DNA from: Sphaeroforma arctica JP610
Taxonomy: Eukaryota
NCBI RefSeq assembly: GCF_001186125.1
Contig: NW_014040488.1
Span: 1-44,140 of the forward strand
Direction of reading: 5' to 3'
Length of the DNA: 44,140 bases
Position numbers and translations under genes: made by a program. Of this stretch, positions 28,972-41,154 are shown one piece after another. The notes below the pieces were generated by a model, which saw only the letters and a program-made list of their open reading frames with translations, did no database searches and had not been told where the DNA came from. Within the stretch, counting starts at the first letter, position 1. Every line of letters begins with the position of its first letter.

Positions 28972-30993
28972 TTAAACAGTGCTGACTACACAACGTGCAA
29001 TCTGGTCCACTATGTTGCTAGGCATATTGGCAGGGGCTTCAGATAAATTTGTCTGATTGAAACTCTGGAATCGTCGCACCGGTTTAGGCGACGCCAAATT
29101 GGAAGCTGCAGAACGCAACTTCATTAGGCTGGTACTGGAGAGAACACGCTGCAACATGCTCGACGAGCTCTCCGAAACCACTTTGTCATCGCTGACATTG
29201 ACAGACTTGTCAAAAACTGGCAAAGTATTGAAGGACATCTGACGAGTAATAAGGCTGGCCCAACTGGAGCCAAGATCAGCTTGGCACTCCAAAATTCCTC
29301 CGATTGAACGCTCATTAGTATCGCAGGCGTCACTTGCTTCGCTTTCGCCCTCCTCAGCGATATCGTTAAATACGGGCACAGTGTTGAACGACATCTCACG
29401 ATCTAGCATACTTTCCCACCTATTCACACACTTGAACTCGTCACCAATGTCGAACTCGCTCAAGGTTTCCATGTTCAGACTAGACTGTGTGCACGTGATA
29501 TCGTCCATATCCGATTCTCCACATTCTGATTCGCAATCTGATTCCACAAAAAATATGCTACCGCGAGACGATGTTGATCCTAAGGACTTCACCTGACATG
29601 TATCGTCAGACTCCTTATCGGAACGCTCATCAAACGTTGGCAGTGACGAAAACGACATACTCGCTTCCAACATATCACCCCACTCCATACGTTGCTCGCT
29701 ACCGTCGGTATTTGGCAGGCACACGGACGCTCGCGACGGCACAACGTTACTACTGCCCTCTTCGGACCAATCGAACCAAGTCGTGCCAATCTGTCTGTCC
29801 TCGCATTCATCCTCCTCGAAATCGCTACAATTATCCTCCTCCTCGCCTTCACTTTCACTATCACCCGAAAGTTCGGAATCGCCGCAATACATCGAGACAA
29901 AACGAGGAGTTGCTGACAGACAAGGCAGTTCAGACCAAGGCAATTCGTTACCTTCACTCGCACACTCCTCATTATCGATAGAGTCTCCGAACACGATCTC
30001 CAAGTCCGGACGTTTCTGAAAGGAGTTATTAGGACTTAACCCTACATCGGCTTCAGTGACTCCAAACCACTTATCTCCACTATTCGTTGCAGGCAACAGC
30101 ATGCGACCACCTGCAGTGGGTTTCGCATTTGCTGCATCCATCAAATCGAATGAGACCAAATCATTACGAGTCATATGCACAGCATCATCCATAGACCATC
30201 TTGTCTCTGGATTCGGATCTAGAAGGCCACCCATCAACAGTTGGAGTGACTCGCTCCAGCCTAGTGCACAAACATCAAACTTATACCCACGCGCCTGCCA
30301 CATCCCAAAATCAGGATCGTGACGAGTGGGCTGATTCCACGGTAAGACACCTGTCAGTAGCGCGAACAAAACAATACCCACGCTCCAAACATCCGCCGCC
30401 TTGCCATCTATCACCTGCCCCTCCGCAGGGCAATACATCTCTGGAGCCATATACGGAACTGTGCCGGTGAGAGAGTCAATCTCTTCCCAGTCATATCCAG
30501 ATAGACCGAAATCGATCAATCGAAGAGAGTCGTCATCCGCCACTACAACATTCTCAGGTTTGATATCGCAATGGACGACACCAAGTGAATGCAAGTAGTA
30601 TACGGCTTCGAAGAGTTCGCCTGCATAGCGTCGTAGACGCTCGGGGTTAGATATTCCCTCCAGCGGTACTGCCATGTCGAACAGATCACCCTTTCCACAC
30701 CATTCCTGCACTACCATAACGCAATCATCATACTCTAGAACGTCTAGCGTACTGATTACGTTGGGATGGTCAAACATATTGCAGAAAGTGACTTCCCGCA
30801 TAACACTCTCATGCGCTGAAGACTCGCCTGATAGAGACATAACTTTCACAGCTACAGACTTTCCAGTGACATTATCAATTCCTGTACACACTTCACCAAA
30901 AGCTCCTTTCTTGTGTGAGGTATGAAGTGTGTACCGGTCTTCAGCTGACATCGTCGAAGACTGTCGTTCCAACTGATTCACGTCCTCGAACAT
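28972..30993 (-). CDS. Intronless Ser/Thr protein kinase (CAMK group, Chk1-like kinase domain) with acidic C-terminal tail, 673 aa
   Basis: Single ORF with KGAFGEV, VAVK, HCDIKPEN, DFG, GTVPYMAPE, DVWSVGIVLFALLTGVLPW. The segments GDLFDMAVPLEG and LPWNQP recall Chk1 (GELFDRIEPDIG, LPWDQP), but the tail is not recognisably Chk1. Confidence 0.93.
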   Translation of the reverse strand: MFEDVNQLERQSSTMSAEDRYTLHTSHKKGAFGEVCTGIDNVTGKSVAVKVMSLSGESSAHESVMREVTFCNMFDHPNVISTLDVLEYDDCVMVVQEWCGKGDLFDMAVPLEGISNPERLRRYAGELFEAVYYLHSLGVVHCDIKPENVVVADDDSLRLIDFGLSGYDWEEIDSLTGTVPYMAPEMYCPAEGQVIDGKAADVWSVGIVLFALLTGVLPWNQPTRHDPDFGMWQARGYKFDVCALGWSESLQLLMGGLLDPNPETRWSMDDAVHMTRNDLVSFDLMDAANAKPTAGGRMLLPATNSGDKWFGVTEADVGLSPNNSFQKRPDLEIVFGDSIDNEECASEGNELPWSELPCLSATPRFVSMYCGDSELSGDSESEGEEEDNCSDFEEDECEDRQIGTTWFDWSEEGSSNVVPSRASVCLPNTDGSEQRMEWGDMLEASMSFSSLPTFDERSDKESDDTCQVKSLGSTSSRGSIFFVESDCESECGESDMDDITCTQSSLNMETLSEFDIGDEFKCVNRWESMLDREMSFNTVPVFNDIAEEGESEASDACDTNERSIGGILECQADLGSSWASLITRQMSFNTLPVFDKSVNVSDDKVVSESSSSMLQRVLSSTSLMKLRSAASNLASPKPVRRFQSFNQTNLSEAPANMPSNIVDQIARCVVSTV

Positions 30994-33900
30994 TTTCGAA
31001 AGTTGAGACGGATTGTATTTTAAAACTAGATGATACTATTCTAGATATATCTCGAGTTCCTAACGAGTAAGTTGGTGAATTTCAATATGAAATTGTTATA
31101 AACTATCAAATACGTGAGTCATAGCAAAGACCCTGCAAATAATACAAAGGTTGTCGCTATGTGTATCTCTTGGGGTTATGACGTTGAGCTTTGCAACATG
31201 AACCGTTTGTGAAACACAGATTACCTCACAACTGAATTGTGAGAACGCAATACACCGACAGTTTCGCAAGCTATCCGAATATTGGTACTACGTGCCTAGA
31301 CGAAATGTAATGTAAAGAAGGAAAAAGCTGTTAATTCTGATTTCCACGACTGTTATAGCATATTATATATATGTAATTCATCCGCTAATTTTACACAATA
31401 AATTAATACACAGTTTATTAGCCTCTCACTTTTACTAGGTCATACCATTTTTTTTGGTATAAATATTAGTTTATTATATACGTAGCCTTCTGAAAATAAT
31501 TAGAACAAATAGTATACGAATCGCGAGTGAAATGTATAATTGTATACGCAAGATCAGAAGTCGAAGACGCGAAAAACTGACGAGAGAGTGGACTCAAGGT
31601 CGGTGGACCGAAATATGAACTTCACACAATTCATTTGAACATTTCACAAAAGAAATAATATTTACAATATATACAACGACGTAGTTCGCGAATCATCGAG
31701 AACTATTTCAAAATAAACAATGATGAGCGCAGTTTTTTTTTGCACAGCTCTGAGCTCTCATCAAGATCGAGTAGTAAAATATATACTAACCGGTTTTTTC
31801 TATGAAAATCAAAACATTCTAATTTGAGACCGTCTGCCGTCTGGCGTCTGACCGCGAGTCACCAACTCAGTCTCACCGCGAGTAAGTGATTAGAGTGACA
31901 GTGCCATAAATATCAATATGCTTCTGCTTTTTTACAGTTCCATGATCTGATGACATTAGTCACTTTAAGAGTGAATTTGACTACATATGATGACAGACAG
32001 TCAGAGTGACAGACTCAAATAAAGTTTTAGTACGCCACTCCTACTACTGAGTACTGACTCCCTCTCTCTAGTAGTAGAGATAGTAGAGAATAAAGAGAGT
32101 GAAGCTACGGATTACTATGTATTTACTGTAAGTCTGTAAGTACTAAGTAGTGACTCTGGTTACTGGTAGTAGAGACTCAAAAGAGAGACTACTGAGAATA
32201 GTGACTAGTTGACTATTCTACTGTAGTCTACTACTACTCTAGCTACTAAATACTAGCTAGAGTAGCTAGTAGAGAGAGAATTAGACTTTAGAGACTATTT
32301 CTCAGTGACTCAGTCTTCAGTCGCCTGTCACACAACAAAAGTGAGAGAAAGGAGTGGGTATCGGCTTATGAGTTATACGACTATGACCGGCTACGCCGCT
32401 ACGGCTTGACGCAAGCAGTTGAAATACTTTGACTCAAGCGTTGATATACTCTTTTACTCTTTTGAGTTACTCACCATTGTAATCTCTATCTACACAAGAC
32501 TACAACACAAAATGTTATTTGATAATTTTTTTCGTAAAAGTCATGTTTTTAAAATTTCGAAATAATGTTTTAATTTCAAATTCATTGAAGAAAGATTTTT
32601 ATTTACAGAGTATATTTTGACCATGGGCCAGTTTTAGTCTACACTCTGAATCGTAACTGATCTTTTTTTGGGATAACTATTTTGTAATTTTTATTAAAAA
32701 AACAGCTTTTTTAGAAACGAATTCGTATGTCGTAAATAAACAATTTAAAATTATGGATATTATTTTACAGAGTTTTACAAAATTACACATCAATTTATAA
32801 ATAGATTTTTCATTTTATCAAGGGCTTTAGGGTTTTATTTTGTTGTTCTGTTGTTTTTTAAAAAACTAGAGAAGCAAGGGGTTATTATTTACTATTTTCT
32901 CAAAATATTATATAAAAAATGCATTCCTAAAAAAGCGTAAAAAAACTATCTGCCTAAAACCATAAAATCCTAAAACGCATATTTGTTCCTCTTTTCTAAG
33001 ATTTAACGGTCTTTTTTTTAAACTGCCACCAAAATTCGACATTGCACTTCTTGAGGTTTACTGTTGACACCTATTTCTATTTAGTGCGGGCCATTCTACA
33101 GCCAAATATTGAATGAATAGGACACTAATCGTCACCTGAAGTCTGCACTTCTACACCCTATATAAATATTTAGGGCTATACTCAATACTGAACTCTATAT
33201 TTTTACGTAGGGCTATATAGTATAAAAGTTCAACGGAGACGCTTGTTTATTTAATCTGAGAATGGATTATTGGGAAACGGACGCTCAGTGGTCCGGTGGT
33301 CCCTTGGTACTGGTTGGTGGTTAGTGGTTACTGTGACACTTAACTTTCAGTCTGACTCACTGCAGTGGTGACTGGGGTGAGTTGGTTTGGTAACTCTCTC
33401 AGTCTCGGTCTCTCGGACTCTCTGGAGTCTGACTCTGGAGTCTGGACTCTGGGCTCTGGAGTCTGTTTGTTTTGAAACAAAGTCAATCTATATTATTACA
33501 TATATGTTTTAATTTTTCTTGAAAACACAAAAACACAAATAAAAGTCGTCGGATTTAAGAAACCGCAATCAGAAATTTTGGGTGCATTCATTTTTTATAA
33601 AACAATAAGAAAAGTCTTGGGGCAGCTGGGAGCTTGGGACTACTCTCCCTCTTGTAGCTAAATAGAGTCTTGGGAGGCAGGAGCTGTATTATTGTGAAAT
33701 TGTTATTGGGGATTTTTAATATGGGAAGTGCCTGTGATTACCCTGCTGAGAGCCCTTGACCCCTTGTCCCTCTTGGGCCTAAGGGCCATTGAGTCCTTGG
33801 AGTCAGTGAGGACTGAAGACCCTGACTCCTCTCAGCGCTCAGGGGTCAGCCTTAACTCCATTGAGCTGAGGGCAAAAACAAAGCTTCAAATGCTTTTGAC

Positions 33901-34703
33901 TGCTATTTGTTCCCGCTTTATTTTTGTTAAGTATGTATTTTAAATATCGAAACATGGGTTGAGACTTGAGACTTGAGACACTTGAGTGTGAGTTGTGAGA
34001 CTGTGAGTAGGGTTAATTATGTTGTTTTTTTAAAGAGTATGTATTATATATACAGGATTTTAGAGAAATAAAACATTTTAACCTGGACTCCGTCGGGACT
34101 CGGGAGCACTGGAGCACTGGAGTCCTGGACTTTCTTCGGCTTCCTCTTTTTTTGTGATTTTTTTAAAGCAAATCAAAATCAGGTTTCTGCTAATCTTCTC
34201 AACTTCAATGTGTCACAGATCGGGTCTCGCTAAAAGCCATATTAGGTAAAACGTTCCCCATTCATATTCAAACGCATATAAACGTAAATAACTCGAACTA
34301 GAATTAACGTCGTTTCACATTCGCATTTAACGCATAGAATCGGGTGCAGATCACGAACTGTACAAAATGGAGACGGGTAGCAAAATGCGGTAAAATATTG
34401 TACATTAAGACCAGAAATTTAGGTGTCTAGAAACCCATTTTTAGCTGATTGAAAAGATAAGCAGGGGTGTATAAGACATTATAACTACGCTACTTCAGTT
34501 TTGAGTAGTAGAGATATCAGAATACTGCAATATATGCGTGCACAAAATACTGTCGTAATATATGTGTATAGATATATGTATAGAAATCTTCATGGACCTA
34601 GCATTGTTGAATGTACGATTCGTAAATGAACGATTGCGCAATCGATGCATGAACGTCAGCTTGTGGACTAAGCCGCTAATATTACAAGGTAATATGTATT
34701 TTG

Positions 34704-34748
<45 letters not shown>

Positions 34749-34961
34749 ATATAAACTTAATATTTATTGATTCCAGTTTATTTTCTTTATTTGTTTAAAA
34801 AGCAAAACATATATTTATAAAGAATGTCAATATTTTTATTCAATATGTAAATACGTATACACACTAAAAAAAAGTTAAATGTCACCATTTTTCAAAAACA
34901 AATTTGTATATATTAATTTTCAAAGAAAATACTGTGAATACATCCTGTGCTTTGGAGTTTG

Positions 34962-35611
34962 GTCCAACCTCATCACGTATTACGTTGCAACGTTTCCAAA
35001 TGAAAAGTAAAAGTTAAAAGTTAAACTTTATCCCAAATATTCGTAGTCCTAAGCTACCCATAAGAGCATTGTCCAGGTCAGATTTTTGTCCTAACCACAT
35101 TACCTAACTATTGCCCTACCAACCATCGGTTCTGGAGACTTGAGCGTTGGTTGAGCGTTGGTTGAGCGTTGTCAAGTATATTAGCCCGCTACACTGTCCC
35201 TTGATATTGACGTTGTTCATATTCTAGAAGTTAAGGTATATATAATTGATAGAGATATCTAGGATTTACAGTCTACAGCCATAGGCTACACAGTCTACTA
35301 GCACGATTAGTTTATTGGTGACTTATTTATTAGTGACTTAGTGCCTAGTGACTAGTGTGACAACTTCACAAGTTCAAAGTACCATATCATGTCAGATAAA
35401 AAAAAGCAAAGGTAATCACTTTCTAGTTGTTTTTCATTGGTCGGTTTTGCATTTCATGGCCAAAAGTGTGAGAATAGGTGCACTATCGTGGGCAGCAAAT
35501 CGAAATAATTGAGGTCCGAATTGAAACAGTTGAACGTTGCAACGTTTTCAGACGAAAAAGTAAAAGTAAAACGTTCAACTTATATATCAATATAACTTGA
35601 TGAGGTTAGAC
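34962..35611. mobile_element. Possible MITE/non-autonomous DNA element
   Basis: 17-bp imperfect inverted termini (GTCCAACCTCATCACGT versus the reverse complement of ACTTGATGAGGTTAGAC, 15/17 identical) plus an internal ~50-bp direct repeat at ~34982 and ~35534; no clear target-site duplication. Confidence 0.3.
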
Positions 35612-37719
35612 AACAGCTGTGAATAAAATACATAAATAGAATGTCTTTATACGGCACTGATGACAATTACATATTTATAAAAGTTACTGTAATTTTGGGT
35701 TCGTCCTAAATATTTTTATGACCTGGAGGACTGGGTTTTTGAAAAACTAAAATCACTTTATGACTGGAGAACGACTATTTATCACTTGAGTGACCAGTCA
35801 GATGCACCTATCCTATATGAAATTGTACTATTTATGTATTTTCATATATATATATATATATATATATTATAGTACTTTTTTTAACAAAAACAAAATTTAA
35901 AATTTACTTTTTCAAATTGCAACTTTTTTTAAAATAACGTAGAGCATAGTTTTTTTAGTGTTTATTTGGTGATTTTGCACCATACTTTTTAGCAACTGAT
36001 TATTTCTTAAAAACCAATGCCCTTCGAGTCGACAACTCTACGTCAGTCTAAAAATACGAGGCTCGCGAGTCGCGAGACGACTGACGACAGCGAGGTCACG
36101 CCGTCACAAGTCCGTGAGGCGCGTGAACCCATAACCCCATACATGCCTCAATAAACTCGCTCGAGTCGTAATATAAATAGGAAACAACTCGTAAAGCGTG
36201 ACGACACTGAGGGCGGCGCTGACATGAGCTTGCAGTCACTGCATAAGACTCCACAAGTGAGCACTTTCAATTTCAGTCTGTCACACACACACACACACAC
36301 TGTCTGTCACCCTCATAAGTATAGACTATGTAATAAGAATATGGGAGAAAATTGACCATATTATAATATAAAATGCGCAACATGTGAAGTTTTTGAAAAT
36401 CCCGAAATATTTTTTAAAAACAAATATACGTGAAATTTGGCATTGAAATTGAAATATGCGGACCAAAAAATATGGAATATTCAATATGTAAATAATTAAG
36501 CCCGGATTTGGCAACTTAAAGAAATATTGAGAAAATACAGCCCTAATAAATATTCTTGTATATTTTGGTATATTTCCTATAAAATATTGGTGCCCTATAT
36601 TTCATGAGAATTTAGAAATTCATATGCGATTGTATTTGCGATAATGTTGAATATTCGCTCAGTATTTTGATACTTTCATTTCGAATGTACAAGATATTCT
36701 ATATGGAGCCGAAAAGTGATGCCACTTTTGGATTGGTACATATTAACCCGAGCCCTCCCATTGGCAGTAGTGTTCCATGAAGGTTTTATTGAGATTTCTG
36801 GAGCAAATCCTAAAATATAATATTTCATTCCTACTATAAGTCAAAATGAGGGTCTAGGGTGAAATATACAACAAAACAAAGTATTGTTGTATATTTTTTA
36901 GATTGAATCTGGCTTAATTTGGGAATGGCAAAACACTCGAAATCGAGAAATAAGAAAATTACGAGGCTCAAAAAATATGAAAGTCACTTTCCATAATTTC
37001 CTGAATATTCAGAATAACTGTCAAAATTATGGATCGTGCGAAGAAATATCGAAATTTGTTACCGGAGTAAGGTATTTTACTCATTTCGTATTTTGTTCCC
37101 TAATATTTCCTGAAGTTGGCAAATCCGGCCTAAATATGGTAAATATTTCTGATTTATGAAAAGTGCCTGTAGGGATAATACTATTTATTTCAAGGCACTT
37201 TTGCTTTTTAAGACCAATGAACAAGAAAAAGGAAGAGAAAAGAGGCCCAAAGGGTAACTTTTCAAGGGCCTTTAAAAGGGCCAAGCCATAAACGTGTTAT
37301 TTTCAATTTCGGCTTGTATAACTTTGTGAACACACAAACAACAACAAATATTCAATGTGTCAATTCAGTTACGGTGGTGTGTCAAATAAGTTACGGTGGT
37401 GTTTTTCTGCGTGCCTTCCATTCCATCTGCCATTTGGCTCATGTTGGGTCATTCGCCAATTGCAATCAATATCACTACAGTTCTTAACCTCCCTATGCCT
37501 GGGCTTAGGTTTGCCTACCGGCGGTCCATTTCTGTTGGTCTGGATACCCTTAGGGATGACATTGATCTTGTTGCTTTTTAGAACTATTTATATTTTTGTT
37601 CCTATTGCTACCCTTGTCACCCCCTTTGTGTACCTTCTGGCCTTCATTATTGGATTGAGAGTCTCGACCATTGCCTGATCCTCCGGTGTAATAAGCCGGG
37701 CCTCCACATTAGACTCTAT

Positions 37720-37870
37720 GTATAAACGTACTCTTAAGCAGTACGCAAATTATAAACGTACTCTTAATAGTACGAGGAACTTAAGTTTCCTAAATGTACT
37801 CTTAATAGCACGAGGAACTTAAGTCTTCTGTATATGCTCTTAATAGCACGAGGAACTTAAGTTTCCTAAA
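37720..37870. repeat. Degenerate 30-40-bp tandem repeat
   Basis: Recurring TACTCTTAATAG(C/T)ACGAGGAACTTAAGT, ~4 copies. Confidence 0.8.
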
Positions 37871-38466
37871 ATGGTTTTTAATGGGTTTATTAATTAAACC
37901 TTTTCCATTTAACATATCAGATATTTAGATGAGGTCATTAAAAGGCCTCGGTAAAATACCAATCATAAAAGAGTTTTTTATTTACTTTCCTATTTTATTT
38001 ATATCTGAATACTTCGGTAGCGAGATGGCTCAACCGAATATAGGTTTTTAGGGATTATTAACCTTACCTAGTTGATCCTCTGATAAGCCAACCAGATGTG
38101 CCAGTCTGATGAAGGCTAAGTCGGTAATTCTTGATAGGGATAATATCATTTATTTCAAAAATGGTAAGTATGTATGATACAATGTATGAACATATGGTTT
38201 TAGGTTTCTGTGTGCATTCCGCTCCATCATAAANNNNNNNNNNNNNNNNNNNNNNNNNNNNNNNNNNNNNNNNNNNNNNNNNNNNNNNNNNNNNNNNNNN
38301 NNNNNNNNNNNNNNNNNNNNNNNNNNNNNNNNNNNNNNNNNNNNNNNNNNNNNNNNNNNNNNNNNNNNNNNNNNNNNNNNNNNNNNNNNNNNNNNNNNNN
38401 NNNNNNNNNNNNNNNNNNNNNNNNNNNNNNNNNNNNNNNNNNNNNNNNNNNNNNNNNNNNNNNNNN

Positions 38467-39556
38467 ATTTGGCTCCACAAGCCCGCATGTTCCGCCTGAA
38501 AAAAGACCGCGGTCACAGGCGCCCAATAGCAGCAGTGAGCCTCCCAGCTACCGCTCAAAAGTGGACAAACCTGCAAAACCGAGCCCTAAAAAACGCCCGA
38601 CCCCACCAGCTTCTCAGTCCCAATCGCAGCCGCCAGTACCCGAACACCTTTTGACGAAAGTGGTGGGCCGCCCGATGCCGGAAAAAACTCTTCATGAAAT
38701 GGATGACATAACTTCGGTATGGCTCTTCTTCAGAGCAATTTTCCCTAGCGGCAAGGCCCCATCCCAATCAGTATTTGAAAAATACTGGCATGTCCAACCA
38801 GCCCTCAATCGCCACCACTTTCTCTGGTATCTTCCGTCTAAATCGATATCTCAACCAAATCGCCGCGGAAGCTTTCATCCGCCTTTGTGTTCCTAGCGAC
38901 TCTGTCGCCCAGGTGAAACGACATGCAGCCCTTACGTGGAAATGGCAGCTTGATGAAAAAATCGACCCCCGCTCCCAACAACATCCCGACGCTACGAAAG
39001 CAGCTTTAATTCACAATCTCCGCACCAAGCGGGAGGCCCGCTGCACACATGAACGAGCGCCAAAAATTCTTGCCCGCAGCATGGATGCACTACTGAGCCC
39101 ACTTGTCAACTCCACTAACGCAGACATCCTCCAATCTACCGCGGACCGTCTCCAGAAGGCTTACCAAGCAAAGCACGATAAAAACGGAACCCGGACGACT
39201 TCATATACCAACGGTCTCCCCGAGACAATCATCCGACACGATGGATAGCAATACACAGCCTCAGCTTTCCACGACGGACTCTTCGACGACAGGCAATGAT
39301 ATAGAAATGGCTGACATCGTCAAAGAGGAGAGCCCAGTAGTATTGACCGATGATGAACAATGTTAGGCCCAATGAGGATGACGCTCTTCAACCCACAAGG
39401 ACTCAACATGGACAACGCAGCACATACAGATAAGTGTTTGAACGTTATATCGATTTTAAGTCAGGTGGATGTTATGTGTGTGGTTGAAACCTGGCATAAC
39501 ACCACATTTCTTAATCATATACGCTCGAACACACGCTACCATATCCTACACCACAC
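38467..39556 (+). mobile_element. 5' fragment of a non-LTR retrotransposon (frameshifted ORF1-like region plus start of an APE endonuclease)
   Basis: Overlapping C/A-rich ORFs 38467-39366 followed by MTLFNPQGLN...VDVMCVVETW (39372-39556), matching APE endonuclease motifs I-II (NxxGL, DxxxxxET); truncated afterwards. Confidence 0.6.
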
Positions 39557-39649
39557 TACATTGTATCATACATTCTTGCCATTTTTGAAATAAATAATAT
39601 TATCCCTACTAGAATAATCTGATCCCTTCTTTTCTGATTACATTTGACC

Positions 39650-40173
39650 ATGCAGTCAATTATCTGCCCCATCCTTTGATCCATCGATCTGTTCAATGTT
39701 ATTGAACGCTTTGGATGGGGCAGCATCTTTCTTCGTCTCTCAGATAGCCGCTGGGGGCAAACTGTCTTGCGATGACCAAAAGAATTTTCTCGCTTTCACC
39801 TGATCAGGTTTCTGCTCTTCGGTCGGTCTGTATTTTTGAAATACCTCTGGGGCACTCTGTGGATTTCCTTCCGGTAATGGATTTGGATTAGACTTTTGTT
39901 CAGATGCCATTCGCGACATTGCTGTTGTATCCAATCCAGGCGAGGGTTGTTTTTCGGGTGATGAAGATCGAGCTCTGTTTGCCTCTCTATTATCTGACAA
40001 CATCTCGAACGCCAATATGGCTTCATAGAGTACTGTTTGTCTCGGTGTGATATCTGTTACGTCAGAGTCCACTGATGATGCCGGGGTGTTTTCAGCTTCT
40101 CATCGCCTTCAGTAAACCAATTTACTTTTGCAGCCTTAGCTACATTCTCCGCCTCATTGTTTCCTTTCGTCAT
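39650..40173 (-). pseudogene. Decayed coding-like fragment of unknown origin (possibly transposon-derived)
   Basis: ATG at ~40173 (MTKGNNEAENVAKAAKVNWF), frame change into the 40072-39740 ORF, and coding-like sequence continuing past the stop; no recognisable domain. Confidence 0.25.
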
Positions 40174-41154
40174 AATATTGATAGCGTATTATAAACTTAA
40201 AAATATGTAAAATTCGGTCTCCTCTAGGCTGACTATACGATAACAAGACGTTTGGGTTAATTAGACAATACGTTAAAGTTTAGCTTCAGCCCTTGGTAGT
40301 GAGCAAAAGATTAGGGGATTTTGGACTGAGACTATTGTCTATATGCTCCACTCTAATCACTCATTACTTCGGTCTAGATTTATTTATGTTTTAGTTACTA
40401 AGACTAGACATCATTTCATTGGACGCATATTTTACATTTCACGCCTCGAAACAATTATCTACTCAAACTATCCTATAAAATATCTCTAACTCCAACTCAA
40501 GAAAATCAAAATAAATTCAATAACACCAAGCTGGTGCAGTATATATCTGCACCTAAACCCCATCACTTGGTACCTAGCTCTCCGTCCCATTTAAGGCATA
40601 GACGGGCACATCTAGTTGGCTGGCTAGGAGGAATCAAAACCGGGTTGTCCTAAATTATAACAACTCTGACCCTGTCCTTTTCTCAGTGGATTATCTTGCT
40701 CTGAGATTATTATTGAATTATACCATAGGTTTGTACCAACAACCATTTCATGCCTGAGACCCTCTCTCATGGTACTCCCGTTGATTAGAGATTCCCAAAG
40801 TGTCATTTTCAGGTGTCAGATTTGTATCATTCCTATATCTTGTATCATTCTAAATTTCAGTGGGAAAAAACCAATCTATATTTGGAAAACCACTTAATTG
40901 TCCACAGTAGCGTCCCATACACTACTGAGTACTATCACACGTTCATAATCTTGAATATCTCAATTCTTGTTCATGTTCAAAACGTTAAACATATTCCAGA
41001 ATTATAATTATAGACGTTGATACGTTAATACGTTTTTAATATACGATAATTTCCAACTACTATTAGGAACCCGCTATTTTTACACTGATTAAGAAACAGT
41101 AAAAGAACTTGATGCATTCAAACAACAATGAAACACTAGTAAGACGAAATCACA

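Noticed and set aside
29057..30925. Multiple plus-strand and alternate-frame ORFs
   Set aside because: Shadows of the kinase CDS.
31567..31576. ACGCGAAAA (E2F/MCB/SCB-like site) upstream of the kinase
   Set aside because: A single short match with unknown transcription start; not distinguishable from chance.
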